In this document: positions 1 through 10,286 of the stretch, piece after piece
Layout of the letters: every line of letters begins with the position of its first letter
Position numbering within the stretch: the stretch's first letter is position 1
DNA from: Candidatus Scatovivens sp.
GTDB lineage: Bacteria > Bacillota > Clostridia > TANB77 > CAG-508
Direction of reading: 5' to 3'
Assembly (NCBI GenBank): GCA_045646345.1
Contig: JAZRKN010000001.1
Span: forward strand, 233,531 to 297,530
Length of the DNA stretch: 64,000 nucleotides
The notes under the pieces: model-generated
What the model was told of the DNA's origin: nothing
What the model saw: the letters and a program-made list of their open reading frames with translations, nothing else
Databases searched by the model: none
Position numbers and translations under genes: made by a program

Positions 1-517
1 TTGCAATTAATTTTACATCCTTAGTAGTCTCATTTGAATATACTGGAATGTCTAATTGTTTACCAACCACTTGTAATTGTTTTATAGCTGCTGGTCTATA
101 GACATCGCAAGCAACAAGTAATGGTTTCTTTCCTTGTTTTCTTATAATATTTGCAAGTTTTCCAGCTGTTGTTGTTTTACCAGAACCTTGAAGACCTACA
201 AGCATTATTACTGTTGGTGGATTTGGTGTAAAATTGATTTTACTTTCTTCTCCACCTAAAAGGCTAACTAATTCATCTTTTACAATTTTTACAACTTGTT
301 GACCTGGAGTTAATGATTTTAACACATCTTGGCCTATTGCTTTCTCTTCTATTACTTTAACAAACTCTTTAACTATTCTATAGTTAACATCTGCTTCTAA
401 TAGTGCAAGTTTTACTTCTCTTAAAACATCTTTAAGATCAGCTTCTGTTATTCTTGCTTTTCCTTTTAATTTCCTTGTAATTTCTTGTAATCTAGATGAT
501 AACCCGTCAAACGCCAT
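1..517 (-). CDS. ffh: Signal recognition particle protein Ffh (N-terminal part, runs off window)
   Basis: Read by hand: ATG at 517 after a GGAGG RBS gives MAFDGLSSRLQEI...; contains GLQGSGKTTT and ACDVYRPAA; directly downstream of ylxM. Confidence 0.95.
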   Translation of the reverse strand, partial: MAFDGLSSRLQEITRKLKGKARITEADLKDVLREVKLALLEADVNYRIVKEFVKVIEEKAIGQDVLKSLTPGQQVVKIVKDELVSLLGGEESKINFTPNPPTVIMLVGLQGSGKTTTAGKLANIIRKQGKKPLLVACDVYRPAAIKQLQVVGKQLDIPVYSNETTKDVKLIA

Positions 518-527
518 CTTTTCCTCC

Positions 528-875
528 TTATAATAAACAATTTAAAGTTTTCTTAACTTCTTGAAGAGATTTTAACGTTTTTTTGTCTTCAATATCTTTT
601 TCTAATTTTTCAATTACTAATATTGATTTTTCTATTTTCTCTTCTTGCTCTATTATTTTTTTCATGAACCCTAATTTTTCTTCGTATTCGAAAAGATTGT
701 TTTCACCTTTTTTTAAATTATCTCTAACAGCTTGTCTTGTTATCGTTTCATTTTCAGCTATTTCTGATAAAGATAAATCATTATTATAGTAGTCATCTAG
801 AAGCTTGAATTGTTTTTCAGTTAATAGTTTTCCATAAGTGTCTAAAAGCATACTTATCTTAACATTTTTTTCCAT
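528..875 (-). CDS. ylxM: YlxM/UPF0122 helix-turn-helix protein
   Basis: LLDTYGKLLTEKQ...YYNNDLSLSEIAE...ITRQAVRDNLK; conserved position before ffh. Confidence 0.9.
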   Translation of the reverse strand: MEKNVKISMLLDTYGKLLTEKQFKLLDDYYNNDLSLSEIAENETITRQAVRDNLKKGENNLFEYEEKLGFMKKIIEQEEKIEKSILVIEKLEKDIEDKKTLKSLQEVKKTLNCLL

Positions 876-981
876 TTGACCACCTCTTAATTTGTAATGC
901 TAATATACTTTACACCTTTTAAAGGCTTTTGTCAATACTTTTTTCTTATTTTTTACTAATTTTTCTGTATTTTTAGGGTTT

Positions 982-2517
982 TTATCTTTCTATTTTCATT
1001 ATTCCTCTAAATCTACCTTCTTCATTTGATTTAGAATCTTTTGTAATTTCATTTTCTGATGTTATTAAATCGTAAATTCCCGATATATTATTACTATTTG
1101 AATATCGTATATTTTTCTTAAATCCTTCTTCTTCAGGAGAACCTCCTGCATAATGAACTAAATCATTTGAAATTTCAATCCCCAAGTATTTTGAAAAATC
1201 TAGGGCTGCCTTTTTTTCTTTTTCTCCCATCACATCAAGGTATTTTCTTAACAATTTGTCAGGATAATTTTTATATACATTTATCGCATCTTGAGTTTCT
1301 ATAAAGCTTAATGTTTTTCCTGGTTTTATATTTATTTTATCTTCTTCAAAATTCGTTTGATATTTTGCAATCCATATACCTTCTAATTCATTTTTATTTG
1401 AAAATGCCTCTTGAATTTTATATCCAGTTAGAACAGAATTATTAGTTGGGATTTTCGTTAATTGATTTACAAATTGAATATCAATTCCCTCTGTTGTTTC
1501 TTTATACAAATATCTTGGAATCCAAACCCAATAATTCCCATCTTTTGTTTTCGCATTTGCCATATATAACTTTTGTTTTCCATAATTATACCAGTTGCTA
1601 TCATACTCTGATGTTATTTGTTTTTCAACTCCATATTCATCCCAATAAATTCCCATCATATTATCTAATAATACCGGTGGATTACATAACACCACTTCTA
1701 ATTCTACTTGTGGATATTGAACAAAATTTGTATCTTCTACCACAAATATATATTTTCCTGAAACATCTATATTAAAATATATTGCATTTTCACTCTCTAC
1801 ATAAGAATAACTTTGAAGATTACTGCACATTTTTTTATTTTCATCATTATTTAAATAGTAGTATGCCTTTAATATTTTTGTATTACTATTTTTTAATGAT
1901 AATCTAATTTTTTGTGTCAATCCTCTATTTTCAATTATCTGTAATTCTGGAACAATATTACTATTATAAAACGAAACTAATTTCAATTTTTCGCCAAATT
2001 CACTATCATATTGTCTATATATCGTTTTTCCATTCTCTTTTATTCCATCTTTTGATATTACATTTCCAGTATTAAAGTTTATAATAATATATAAATCTGT
2101 ATTTTTTATCTTAAATATTTCTTCTATATTTTCAGGTGTAAAATAAAAATAATTAGTTATAATTGTATCTGTACTTGGATTCCAACTTTCTATGGTCGTT
2201 AAAGATAGCTCATCTATAATTTTTTGAAAATCTTCCATATGTATATTATTTTGTGAATTTGCACTTATAAACCCTAATGATTTTAAATATGAATTAAAAT
2301 TACCTGCTTCATTCGGATTATATTCTTCCCATAATTTATATTTACTTCTTATTACATTAACTTCTTCTTGAATCACTTTCATTTGTGCAACGAATTCATT
2401 AATTTTACTATTTGCAATAGCTTTATTTATTGCAAGCATTCCAATCACTAATACAAATATTATTATTAAAATTAATCCTAGAAGTTTTATTAAAGTAACT
2501 CCACTTTCTTTTTTCAT
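982..2517 (-). CDS. Surface protein with prepilin-like N-terminus and divergent C-terminal domain (FGE/C-type-lectin-like)
   Basis: MKKESG|VTLIKLL followed by a hydrophobic helix; YWVWIPRY, GIWIAKYQ, SGIYDL and terminal GRFR motifs. Confidence 0.5.
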   Translation of the reverse strand: MKKESGVTLIKLLGLILIIIFVLVIGMLAINKAIANSKINEFVAQMKVIQEEVNVIRSKYKLWEEYNPNEAGNFNSYLKSLGFISANSQNNIHMEDFQKIIDELSLTTIESWNPSTDTIITNYFYFTPENIEEIFKIKNTDLYIIINFNTGNVISKDGIKENGKTIYRQYDSEFGEKLKLVSFYNSNIVPELQIIENRGLTQKIRLSLKNSNTKILKAYYYLNNDENKKMCSNLQSYSYVESENAIYFNIDVSGKYIFVVEDTNFVQYPQVELEVVLCNPPVLLDNMMGIYWDEYGVEKQITSEYDSNWYNYGKQKLYMANAKTKDGNYWVWIPRYLYKETTEGIDIQFVNQLTKIPTNNSVLTGYKIQEAFSNKNELEGIWIAKYQTNFEEDKINIKPGKTLSFIETQDAINVYKNYPDKLLRKYLDVMGEKEKKAALDFSKYLGIEISNDLVHYAGGSPEEEGFKKNIRYSNSNNISGIYDLITSENEITKDSKSNEEGRFRGIMKIER

Positions 2518-2584
2518 ATTTTCTCCACCACAATCGTAATAATAAAAAAGACTTCCTATTTAAAGAAGTCCTTTTATTTCAAAA

Positions 2585-3385
2585 TTATTGTCCGTAATAT
2601 TGTTGCATCATTTGATACATGTATTCACTATAATCAAATGCTTCTTGAATTTCAGGATTTCCAAAATCAATTCCTTTTGTATCAACAGTTGCTGATTTTA
2701 TTACTGGATATGTTTTAAATCTTTGAATTGCTTCATCTTCAACTTGATCAGATTCATCAGAATCTTTTGTTAATATTTCACCTTCATTGTAAAGTTTTTC
2801 AACTAAATCTAATCCATCTATTATCTTACCAAAAGCTGCATAAGCACCATTTAGTTTTGCTGAATCAGAATTCATCATTATAGCCATCTGTGTATTTCCT
2901 GAATTATAGCTTTCTTCTGTTAATCCTGTTCCATAATCATTTCTTAATAATGTTACAGTTCCTTTTTCATGATTTAATGTATTTTTATCAAATCCATTTA
3001 AGAAAAATTCACCAGCAATTGAATAATTATAATCTGCATCAGATCCACTTTCTATTGTATCTATCATGTAAGAAGCTTTAACTTCTGGAACAACACTATC
3101 ATCTTCTCTTCCTACATATACACAAATTTCATCTTTTCCATATACCACTTTATCTGTATAAAATCCGTTTTCAACTAATCTTATTATATTTTTTACTGTA
3201 TTAGGTGCATATTCTGGGTATAATTCCATTTTTATCGTACCTAAATTTTCAATTTCAAAAGTTACTTCTGGGTGAACTATTTCTGTGTTCATTGCTCTTG
3301 CAAATTGGTATACTACTCCTCCCATTGCTAAAACCACTACTATTGCCACAAGCAACCAAAAACAAATTTGTATTTTTTTTCCCAT
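2585..3385 (-). CDS. Membrane-anchored cyclophilin-like protein (divergent)
   Basis: GTIKMELYPEYAPNTVKN, LNGAYAAFGKIIDG; N-terminal TM helix. Confidence 0.75.
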   Translation of the reverse strand: MGKKIQICFWLLVAIVVVLAMGGVVYQFARAMNTEIVHPEVTFEIENLGTIKMELYPEYAPNTVKNIIRLVENGFYTDKVVYGKDEICVYVGREDDSVVPEVKASYMIDTIESGSDADYNYSIAGEFFLNGFDKNTLNHEKGTVTLLRNDYGTGLTEESYNSGNTQMAIMMNSDSAKLNGAYAAFGKIIDGLDLVEKLYNEGEILTKDSDESDQVEDEAIQRFKTYPVIKSATVDTKGIDFGNPEIQEAFDYSEYMYQMMQQYYGQ

Positions 3386-3410
3386 TTTATCCTCCTTTAT
3401 CTTCTGCGCA

Positions 3411-4781
3411 TTATTTTAGCCCTAAATATTTCATTGCATCAATAATATTCTTTGCGCCTATTATATCTAATTTAAAATTTTCTTTCAATAGTTTTTTATT
3501 ACTTTCTGGAATTATGCAAGTTTTATATCCCAGTTTTTCAGCCTCTTTAATACGTTTTTCTATCATATTAACACTTCTTATTTCGCCAGTTAGTCCTACT
3601 TCTCCAATTACTACTACATCTTCTTTTATACTAATATTTTTAAAACTAGAAGCAGCTGCCAAAACAATACCTAAATCTAACGCTGGTTCATTAACTTTTA
3701 TTCCACCAACTAAATTAATATAAACATCTTGAGACCCAAGATTCATTCCTGCTCTTTTTTCTAAAACTGCCATAAGTAATGTTAATCTATTATAATCTAT
3801 ACCGTTTGCATTTCTTCTAGGCATACCAAATACAGTTGGTGTTGATAACGCTTGTACTTCTAGAACCAATGGTCTTGTCCCCTCTTGACTAACAACAATT
3901 ACTGAACCACATGGGTTTCCTTCCCTTTCAGAAATCAAAAGTTGAGAAGGATTTGTTATCTCAACTAACCCTTCATTTTGCATTTCAAACATCCCAATTT
4001 CATTTGTTGAGCCAAATCTATTTTTTACACCTCTTAAAATTCTATAAGAAAAATATCTTTCCCCTTCCAAATAAAGAACTGTATCTACCATATGCTCTAA
4101 TACTCTTGGTCCAGCTATATTACCATCTTTTGTAACATGACCAATTATTATTGTTGTTATAGCTTTTTGTTTACACATTTTCATTATTCTTGCTGTAATT
4201 TCTCTTACTTGACTTACACTTCCAGCAACAGATGTTATTTCTTCTGAATACATTGTTTGAACAGAATCTATAATAACAAATTTGGCTTCAGTATTTTCCA
4301 ATGCAGCTTCTACATTATCTATATCCGTTTCTGCTAAAAATAATAAATTATCATTCTTTATTCCTAATCTATCTGCTCTAGATTTTATTTGTTCTGCTGA
4401 TTCCTCTCCAGACACATATAAAATTTTCCCATCAACTTTTACACTATTACAAATTTGAAGAATTAAAGTAGATTTACCAATTCCTGGTTCACCACCTAAT
4501 AATGTTAAAGATCCAGTCACAAATCCACCACCAAGAACTCTATCTAATTCACCTAAATTTGTTTTAATTCTAAACGATTCCTTTTTTACAACTTCATTTA
4601 GTTTTACAACTTCACTTTTTGGTTTGTTTTTATCTTTTGATGAACTACCTGAACCACTTGTCACTATTTTTTCTTCAAAAAAAGAATTCCATTCTCCACA
4701 TGCTGGACATTTTCCAAGCCATTTACTTGATTCATAACCACATCCATTACACACAAATACTGTTGTAGATTTTTTTGCCAT
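3411..4781 (-). CDS. radA: DNA repair protein RadA/Sms
   Basis: CxxC...CxxC zinc finger, GEPGIGKST, KNRFG motif, Lon-like C-terminus. Confidence 0.97.
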   Translation of the reverse strand: MAKKSTTVFVCNGCGYESSKWLGKCPACGEWNSFFEEKIVTSGSGSSSKDKNKPKSEVVKLNEVVKKESFRIKTNLGELDRVLGGGFVTGSLTLLGGEPGIGKSTLILQICNSVKVDGKILYVSGEESAEQIKSRADRLGIKNDNLLFLAETDIDNVEAALENTEAKFVIIDSVQTMYSEEITSVAGSVSQVREITARIMKMCKQKAITTIIIGHVTKDGNIAGPRVLEHMVDTVLYLEGERYFSYRILRGVKNRFGSTNEIGMFEMQNEGLVEITNPSQLLISEREGNPCGSVIVVSQEGTRPLVLEVQALSTPTVFGMPRRNANGIDYNRLTLLMAVLEKRAGMNLGSQDVYINLVGGIKVNEPALDLGIVLAAASSFKNISIKEDVVVIGEVGLTGEIRSVNMIEKRIKEAEKLGYKTCIIPESNKKLLKENFKLDIIGAKNIIDAMKYLGLK

Positions 4782-4913
4782 ACTTTATTCCTTTCACGAT
4801 TTAATTTTATTTATATAAGATTTTATTTACAATTTGTTTTATCATTTGAACTATATCACATTTTGTACTTATAAGCTATATTTTTTACCTAAAAACGTTT
4901 CCAAATTTATAAA

Positions 4914-4945
4914 AAAATAGAGAGAATAATTTCTCTCTATTTTTT
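4914..4945 (-). terminator. Intrinsic terminator after the GH15 gene
   Basis: AAAAAAATAGAGAGAA-taat-TTCTCTCTATTTTT inverted repeat. Confidence 0.75.
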
Positions 4946-6845
4946 ATAGTAAACCTTTTTCTAATAATTTTTCTAAAGTTAACAAATACATTGCATGGCT
5001 CCAAGTTAATCCTATAACCCATGATGGTTTCATAGCATCGTTGTTAACTTGTTCTCCTAAATAGCCATGGCCAGATGCTGAATTTGTAACAAAAGCAAAA
5101 TTTTCTAATGCTTTTTCATTGTCTCCAGCTTCTAAATAATACCAAGCCATCCATAATGTTGCTATTGGCCATGGATTATATCCTCCCATATATCCATCAC
5201 CTTCATATCTTATATATCCACCTGTATATGTTCTTAATGTCATATTTATTCTTTCAATAGTATTTTTCACTTTTTTATCATTAGGAGAAAACATTCTAAA
5301 CGGAACTATTGCTCCTAATAAACTTATATCAATTTTTCTATCTTTTATATTTCTTACAAAAGATTTCTTTTCTTCGTCATAGAATGTTTTTAAACAATAT
5401 TCTTTTATTTCTAATGTTTTTTGTTCTAAATTTTCAATTTGTCTTTTTAAACTATCAGCTTTTATTTTGTTTGTTTCTAGAACAGGCTTTATCTCCCCGT
5501 AAATTTTTATCATAGCAGAAAACGCTGCAAATATTGTTGATATAGAATAGAAAGAAACACATTCGCATTCTTCCCATAAATCATAACTTAGTTGAAATTT
5601 TCCTTTTTCATGCAATACATCTTCTATATATTTTTCAAGAAAACTTATTGCTGTTTCACACATTTTTAAATTATCTTTTAAAAACTTTTTATTTTTAGTA
5701 ACTTTATAATGTGCATATATTCCAAAAATCACACTCGCAGTTTCATCTATCTGATATCCCCAACATGGAGCTAATCTTCCATCAGTATAAAAACGTTGTT
5801 CCCACATACCATTCTTACTTTGTGTCATTTTACAAAAAATTGAATAAAATTTTTCAGTATCTTCATACATTGAAATTACATCAAAAGCTTCTGTAACAAA
5901 AACTCCATCTCTTGGCCAACAATATGAATATCTTCCACATTTCGTTTTATCTTCATCTACTTCTATTCCAGCAGAAATACCACCAGTTTTTTCATGAACG
6001 ATTAATGGGAATAATAAAACACTTCTATTGTATATTCTTTTCACTTTTGAATTAATATCTTTTTTATTAATTTCTAATGAATCATGTTCTTTTAAATATC
6101 TTTTCCAATATTTAATTGTGTTATTTTTTAAATTTTGTACATCTAATTTCTTTATTCTTTCAATTTCATCATCAAGTTCATTTAACATACATTTATTTCT
6201 ATTTTTATTTATATAAACAAATATAGTTATTTCTTTTTCTTCACCTGGTTTCAATTTTTTTAAATTATATGAAATACTTGAATCTGGTGACATTCCAATA
6301 TAATCTTTTCCACCAATAGAACCTTGCATAAAATTATTTTCAGCACCATTAATTTGTTTCGATGATATTTTTTCATTTGAAAATGTACATACAGAAAAAT
6401 CATGATTATATTGAATAAGTGTATCATTTTTCACAAATCCTGATGTATCATTATTTAAATTTCTTAATATTTTTGAATATATCAGAAAATTAACATTTAC
6501 TTCATTTTCATTCTCATTTTTAAAAACATAATTTTTAATCAACACATTTTCAGAAATTGGCACAAAATCGGTTTGTGTAATTCTTATTTTAAAATAAGAA
6601 TTAAAAATGTGTGTTTGCAATACATTAGTATCTTTAATATATTCCTGAGAATAAGTGTTATTAATATCATTATGCAAATATATTAAAGCAGAATCATTTA
6701 CTTTTATTCCTGTATGATATGTATCTACAAATTGTTTATAATCTGCAGAACCATAAAACATTCTTATCATTTCTCCTGATTTTGTAAAACTTGCTTTAAT
6801 TTTTCTGTTTCCGACTATTCCATCATTAAAATATTTGGTTCGCAT
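4944..6845 (-). CDS. Glycoside hydrolase family 15 (glucoamylase-like)
   Basis: YSYCWPRDG, QIDETA, SYDLWEE, RYEGDGY, PWPIATLW, LTWSHA motifs. Confidence 0.88.
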   Translation of the reverse strand: MRTKYFNDGIVGNRKIKASFTKSGEMIRMFYGSADYKQFVDTYHTGIKVNDSALIYLHNDINNTYSQEYIKDTNVLQTHIFNSYFKIRITQTDFVPISENVLIKNYVFKNENENEVNVNFLIYSKILRNLNNDTSGFVKNDTLIQYNHDFSVCTFSNEKISSKQINGAENNFMQGSIGGKDYIGMSPDSSISYNLKKLKPGEEKEITIFVYINKNRNKCMLNELDDEIERIKKLDVQNLKNNTIKYWKRYLKEHDSLEINKKDINSKVKRIYNRSVLLFPLIVHEKTGGISAGIEVDEDKTKCGRYSYCWPRDGVFVTEAFDVISMYEDTEKFYSIFCKMTQSKNGMWEQRFYTDGRLAPCWGYQIDETASVIFGIYAHYKVTKNKKFLKDNLKMCETAISFLEKYIEDVLHEKGKFQLSYDLWEECECVSFYSISTIFAAFSAMIKIYGEIKPVLETNKIKADSLKRQIENLEQKTLEIKEYCLKTFYDEEKKSFVRNIKDRKIDISLLGAIVPFRMFSPNDKKVKNTIERINMTLRTYTGGYIRYEGDGYMGGYNPWPIATLWMAWYYLEAGDNEKALENFAFVTNSASGHGYLGEQVNNDAMKPSWVIGLTWSHAMYLLTLEKLLEKGLL

Positions 6846-6870
6846 AACTTTTTTCTCCTTTGTTTTTTTA

Positions 6871-7044
6871 TTAAAGCATTTTAGCTGTTTCTATAAACAT
6901 AAGAAGTAATACGAATAACAACATACTTGAAAATAGAACTATTGTAACTAATGCAGTTAGTGATATTGTTAATGGTTTCTTTGCAACAGCATCTCCATTA
7001 GTTACTTCTATTTCCGATTTATTTAAAACATTATCTTTTTTCAT
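6871..7044 (-). CDS. Small membrane protein, 57 aa (not in ORF track)
   Basis: MKKDNVLNKSEIEVTNGDAVAKKPLTISLTALVTIVLFSSMLLFVLLLMFIETAKML; fills the gap between two co-oriented genes; purine-rich RBS. Confidence 0.7.
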   Translation of the reverse strand: MKKDNVLNKSEIEVTNGDAVAKKPLTISLTALVTIVLFSSMLLFVLLLMFIETAKML

Positions 7045-7059
7045 AAGTTTCTCTCTTTT

Positions 7060-8709
7060 CTATTTCATTAAATCTTGAATTTGTTTTTGTATTTCTTTTA
7101 CCCTATCTTCCAAATTCATCAATTCATTGTCATTTGTTTCTAAATTCTTTTTCATTACTACAGATTCCATATCTGCAATACTTTCTTTTAATTCTTCAAT
7201 TCTATCAATAATATCTAATCTTCTGAATTCTTTTCTATATGCTTCAATTTCTTGTGTTTCTTCTAACAATGCTGGTCCATCAACTCCTAATTCATAACTT
7301 TCTCCGAAATCAGGAATTGTAACTTTACATTCACTAGAATCTTCAATTTTTCTTTTTAATTCTTCTTGCCCTTCATATTCACCATGAACTAAAAATACAT
7401 GTTTTGGTGGGTTTGTAAATGACCATATAAAATTCAACAACCATGTTTGATCTGCATGTCCTGAATATCCCTCTATATATTCAACTCTTGCGTTTATAGC
7501 AATTTCCTCACCAAATATTTTTACTTTTTCAGCTCCATCTACTATTGTTCTTCCTAAAGTTCCAGGTGCTTGATATCCAACAAATAAAATTGTACTGTTT
7601 GGATTCCATAAATTATGTTTTAAATGATGTTTAATTCTACCAACTTCGCACATACCACTAGCTGATAAAATAATTGCAGGTCTATGATCTTCATTTAATG
7701 CTTTTGATTCATCTGCTGAAGGAGTAAATTGTAAACCTCTAAATTCTAGTGGGTTATCTCCTCTTTTAATTTTTTCTTGAATTTCTTCTTCAAACAATTC
7801 TGTATTTTTCTTAAATACTTCTGTTGCTGAGATAGCTAAAGGACTATCTACATACACTGGAACATTCATTAATTTTTCATATTTTCTAGCAAATTCTTCA
7901 TCTTGGCCTAAATCTTCTTTTAATTTATCTAATTCATATAAAATTTCTTGAGTTCTACCTACAGCAAAAGATGGTATTATGACTCTTCCGCCTTTATCTA
8001 ATGTTTCAGCAACTATATCCAAAAACATTGTTGCTTTTTCATCATTCCTCATATGCAATCTATTACCATATGTTGATTCCATAATTAAATAATCTGCACT
8101 ACTTATCATTGTTGGAGAATCTAATAAAGGTAAATCATTATTTCCTAAATCTCCTGTAAATACTGCTTTTGTTGTTTTTCCATTTTCTGTAGCCCAAATT
8201 TCAATAATTGCAGAACCTAACATATGACCTGCATCATTGAATCTAACACTTATATTTTCATCTACTTCAACAATTTCATCATATTGAACTCTATGGAATA
8301 TTTCTAAAGAATTGTAAGCTTCTTCTGCAGTATAAAGAGGTGGTAATGGTTCTAACCCTTCTCTCATTCTTTTTCTATTTTTCCATTCAATTTCAACTTC
8401 TTGGATATGTCCACTATCAGGAAGCATAATTTCACAAAGATCACAAGTTGCTTTTGTAGCATATATTGGACCTTTAAATCCTTCATTATATAATTTAGGA
8501 ATCCTTCCTGAATGATCTATATGCGCATGTGTTAACAACATGAAATCAATTTCCGAAACATCATATAAAAACGGATCTGAATTTTCTAATTCTTCTGTTA
8601 TTTTTCCTTGATACATACCACAATCTACTAAGAATTTTTTACCAGCAGCCTCTACTAAAAAGTTAGATCCTGTAACGGTTCTTGCTGCTCCTAAAAAAGT
8701 TATTTTCAT
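7060..8709 (-). CDS. MBL-fold/beta-CASP ribonuclease
   Basis: THAHIDHSG, AGHMLGSA, MESTYG, ASGM, YSGHAD motifs. Confidence 0.92.
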   Translation of the reverse strand: MKITFLGAARTVTGSNFLVEAAGKKFLVDCGMYQGKITEELENSDPFLYDVSEIDFMLLTHAHIDHSGRIPKLYNEGFKGPIYATKATCDLCEIMLPDSGHIQEVEIEWKNRKRMREGLEPLPPLYTAEEAYNSLEIFHRVQYDEIVEVDENISVRFNDAGHMLGSAIIEIWATENGKTTKAVFTGDLGNNDLPLLDSPTMISSADYLIMESTYGNRLHMRNDEKATMFLDIVAETLDKGGRVIIPSFAVGRTQEILYELDKLKEDLGQDEEFARKYEKLMNVPVYVDSPLAISATEVFKKNTELFEEEIQEKIKRGDNPLEFRGLQFTPSADESKALNEDHRPAIILSASGMCEVGRIKHHLKHNLWNPNSTILFVGYQAPGTLGRTIVDGAEKVKIFGEEIAINARVEYIEGYSGHADQTWLLNFIWSFTNPPKHVFLVHGEYEGQEELKRKIEDSSECKVTIPDFGESYELGVDGPALLEETQEIEAYRKEFRRLDIIDRIEELKESIADMESVVMKKNLETNDNELMNLEDRVKEIQKQIQDLMK

Positions 8710-8740
8710 ACTTGTACCTCCTCAATTTTCAAGTAAGCTT

Positions 8741-10264
8741 TTAGCTAAATAATTTTATTTTTCTTCTTTGTTTTACTTCCAAAGTTTTTTTAGTTATATT
8801 TACTTTTTTTCTTCCTTGTTTTTCAATAATGTCTTTATCGAAAACTCTTATTAACAAGCCATTCTCATCAGAATCAAAATATAACTTTGTTTTTTCTATT
8901 TCCATAATCTTAGTATCTATAGCATATTTTATAATTTCAAAATTCAAATTTATATCCATGCTAAGAATTCGAATAGCACCCATTTTGCAAAGCATTGTTA
9001 TTGCTTTTTTCATAATCTTATCTACTTCATTATTTATTTCTTCTATTTCAACAATTGATTTTCCTTTTGAAAATCTCAAAGTCTTATAATATCTTAATTG
9101 ATATAAAACATCTAATATTTCATCTCTTGTCTTCATTTTACTCATTCTCTTATCAATAAATGCTAAAAATTGTTTTTGATTTTCAATAAGAATTTCTTCA
9201 AATGATTGTTTTGATGTATATATTTCATAAGATTTCATTAAAGCATCTTTTCTTTTGGTATAGTTTTCTGATTTCAAAAGATAATCTATATCTTCGATTT
9301 CTTTTACTATTTTTTCTCTTTCATTTTCAAGCAAACTTTTATATCTCTTTAATGATTTTATTTTTTTCGTGCCGATATCTTTTGAGTTTATTTTTATAAA
9401 TTCTTTTTCTAATAATTCTGGATCGTCTAAAACTTTATCGAATTTAGCAATTCTTTTTTCAAATTTTTGTTTTTTTATTTTTATTTCTTCAATATATTTA
9501 GGCTTGTCTTTCATCTTCTTTAAAAGTTTAATATCTTCTCTAAACTTTAAAGTTAATTGTTCTTTTTCTTTTGTAGAACTGTTAAGATATATTAATTTAT
9601 AAAGATTATCCAAATATTTTTCATTACCTGTAAAATATTTAATATATTTTTTTGCTTCTTCTATAAAATCTCGTCTTGTAGAACCGTATATTCTCCATTC
9701 ATACAAAAATTTTTCGCCTAATATTACAAGTAAATTTTGATAAATTAAATTATCTATATAAGTATATTTTTTATTGAAAGTCTTTTCCCAAGACCATCCT
9801 GTAAAATCAGATAATATCTCTACATTATTTTGTACGTAACCATTAACCAAAACATTTTGCATTTGTTTTTTAAAAGAAAATTCTTGATTTATATAAAAAT
9901 ATTTTGGAGATATTTCTGAAATTGCATAAAGTAATGATATTTCAGTTGGATATGTTAATATACTTCTCTCTTTTTCATTCGTTAGAGCTCTAACATCATT
10001 CTTTATAAGCATTTTAGCCTGATCGGAATCAGGCTCTACAGTTTTTACATTATCACAATATAATCTTATAACTTCAATAAGTTCGTTTAAAAAATCTTCT
10101 TTCGTTCTCACACATTTTTTTACTTGCATAAAATCTGTATAAGATATTTCTATTTTATAAATCATACTAAAAAGAAGGTTTTTTATGTTCGACGAAAAAT
10201 ATTTTCTATCTAATATTTCTTCTAGCTCTATATTATAGTCTTTTAGTTTAGAAAATAGCCCCAT
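8741..10264 (-). CDS. Hypothetical coiled-coil protein
   Basis: 507-aa ORF with GGAGG RBS; no family recognised. Confidence 0.6.
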   Translation of the reverse strand: MGLFSKLKDYNIELEEILDRKYFSSNIKNLLFSMIYKIEISYTDFMQVKKCVRTKEDFLNELIEVIRLYCDNVKTVEPDSDQAKMLIKNDVRALTNEKERSILTYPTEISLLYAISEISPKYFYINQEFSFKKQMQNVLVNGYVQNNVEILSDFTGWSWEKTFNKKYTYIDNLIYQNLLVILGEKFLYEWRIYGSTRRDFIEEAKKYIKYFTGNEKYLDNLYKLIYLNSSTKEKEQLTLKFREDIKLLKKMKDKPKYIEEIKIKKQKFEKRIAKFDKVLDDPELLEKEFIKINSKDIGTKKIKSLKRYKSLLENEREKIVKEIEDIDYLLKSENYTKRKDALMKSYEIYTSKQSFEEILIENQKQFLAFIDKRMSKMKTRDEILDVLYQLRYYKTLRFSKGKSIVEIEEINNEVDKIMKKAITMLCKMGAIRILSMDINLNFEIIKYAIDTKIMEIEKTKLYFDSDENGLLIRVFDKDIIEKQGRKKVNITKKTLEVKQRRKIKLFS

Positions 10265-10286
10265 AAAAAAACCTCCTTTGTATATT

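Noticed and set aside
982-2517. Diversity-generating retroelement target
   Set aside because: No reverse transcriptase or template repeat noticed in the window
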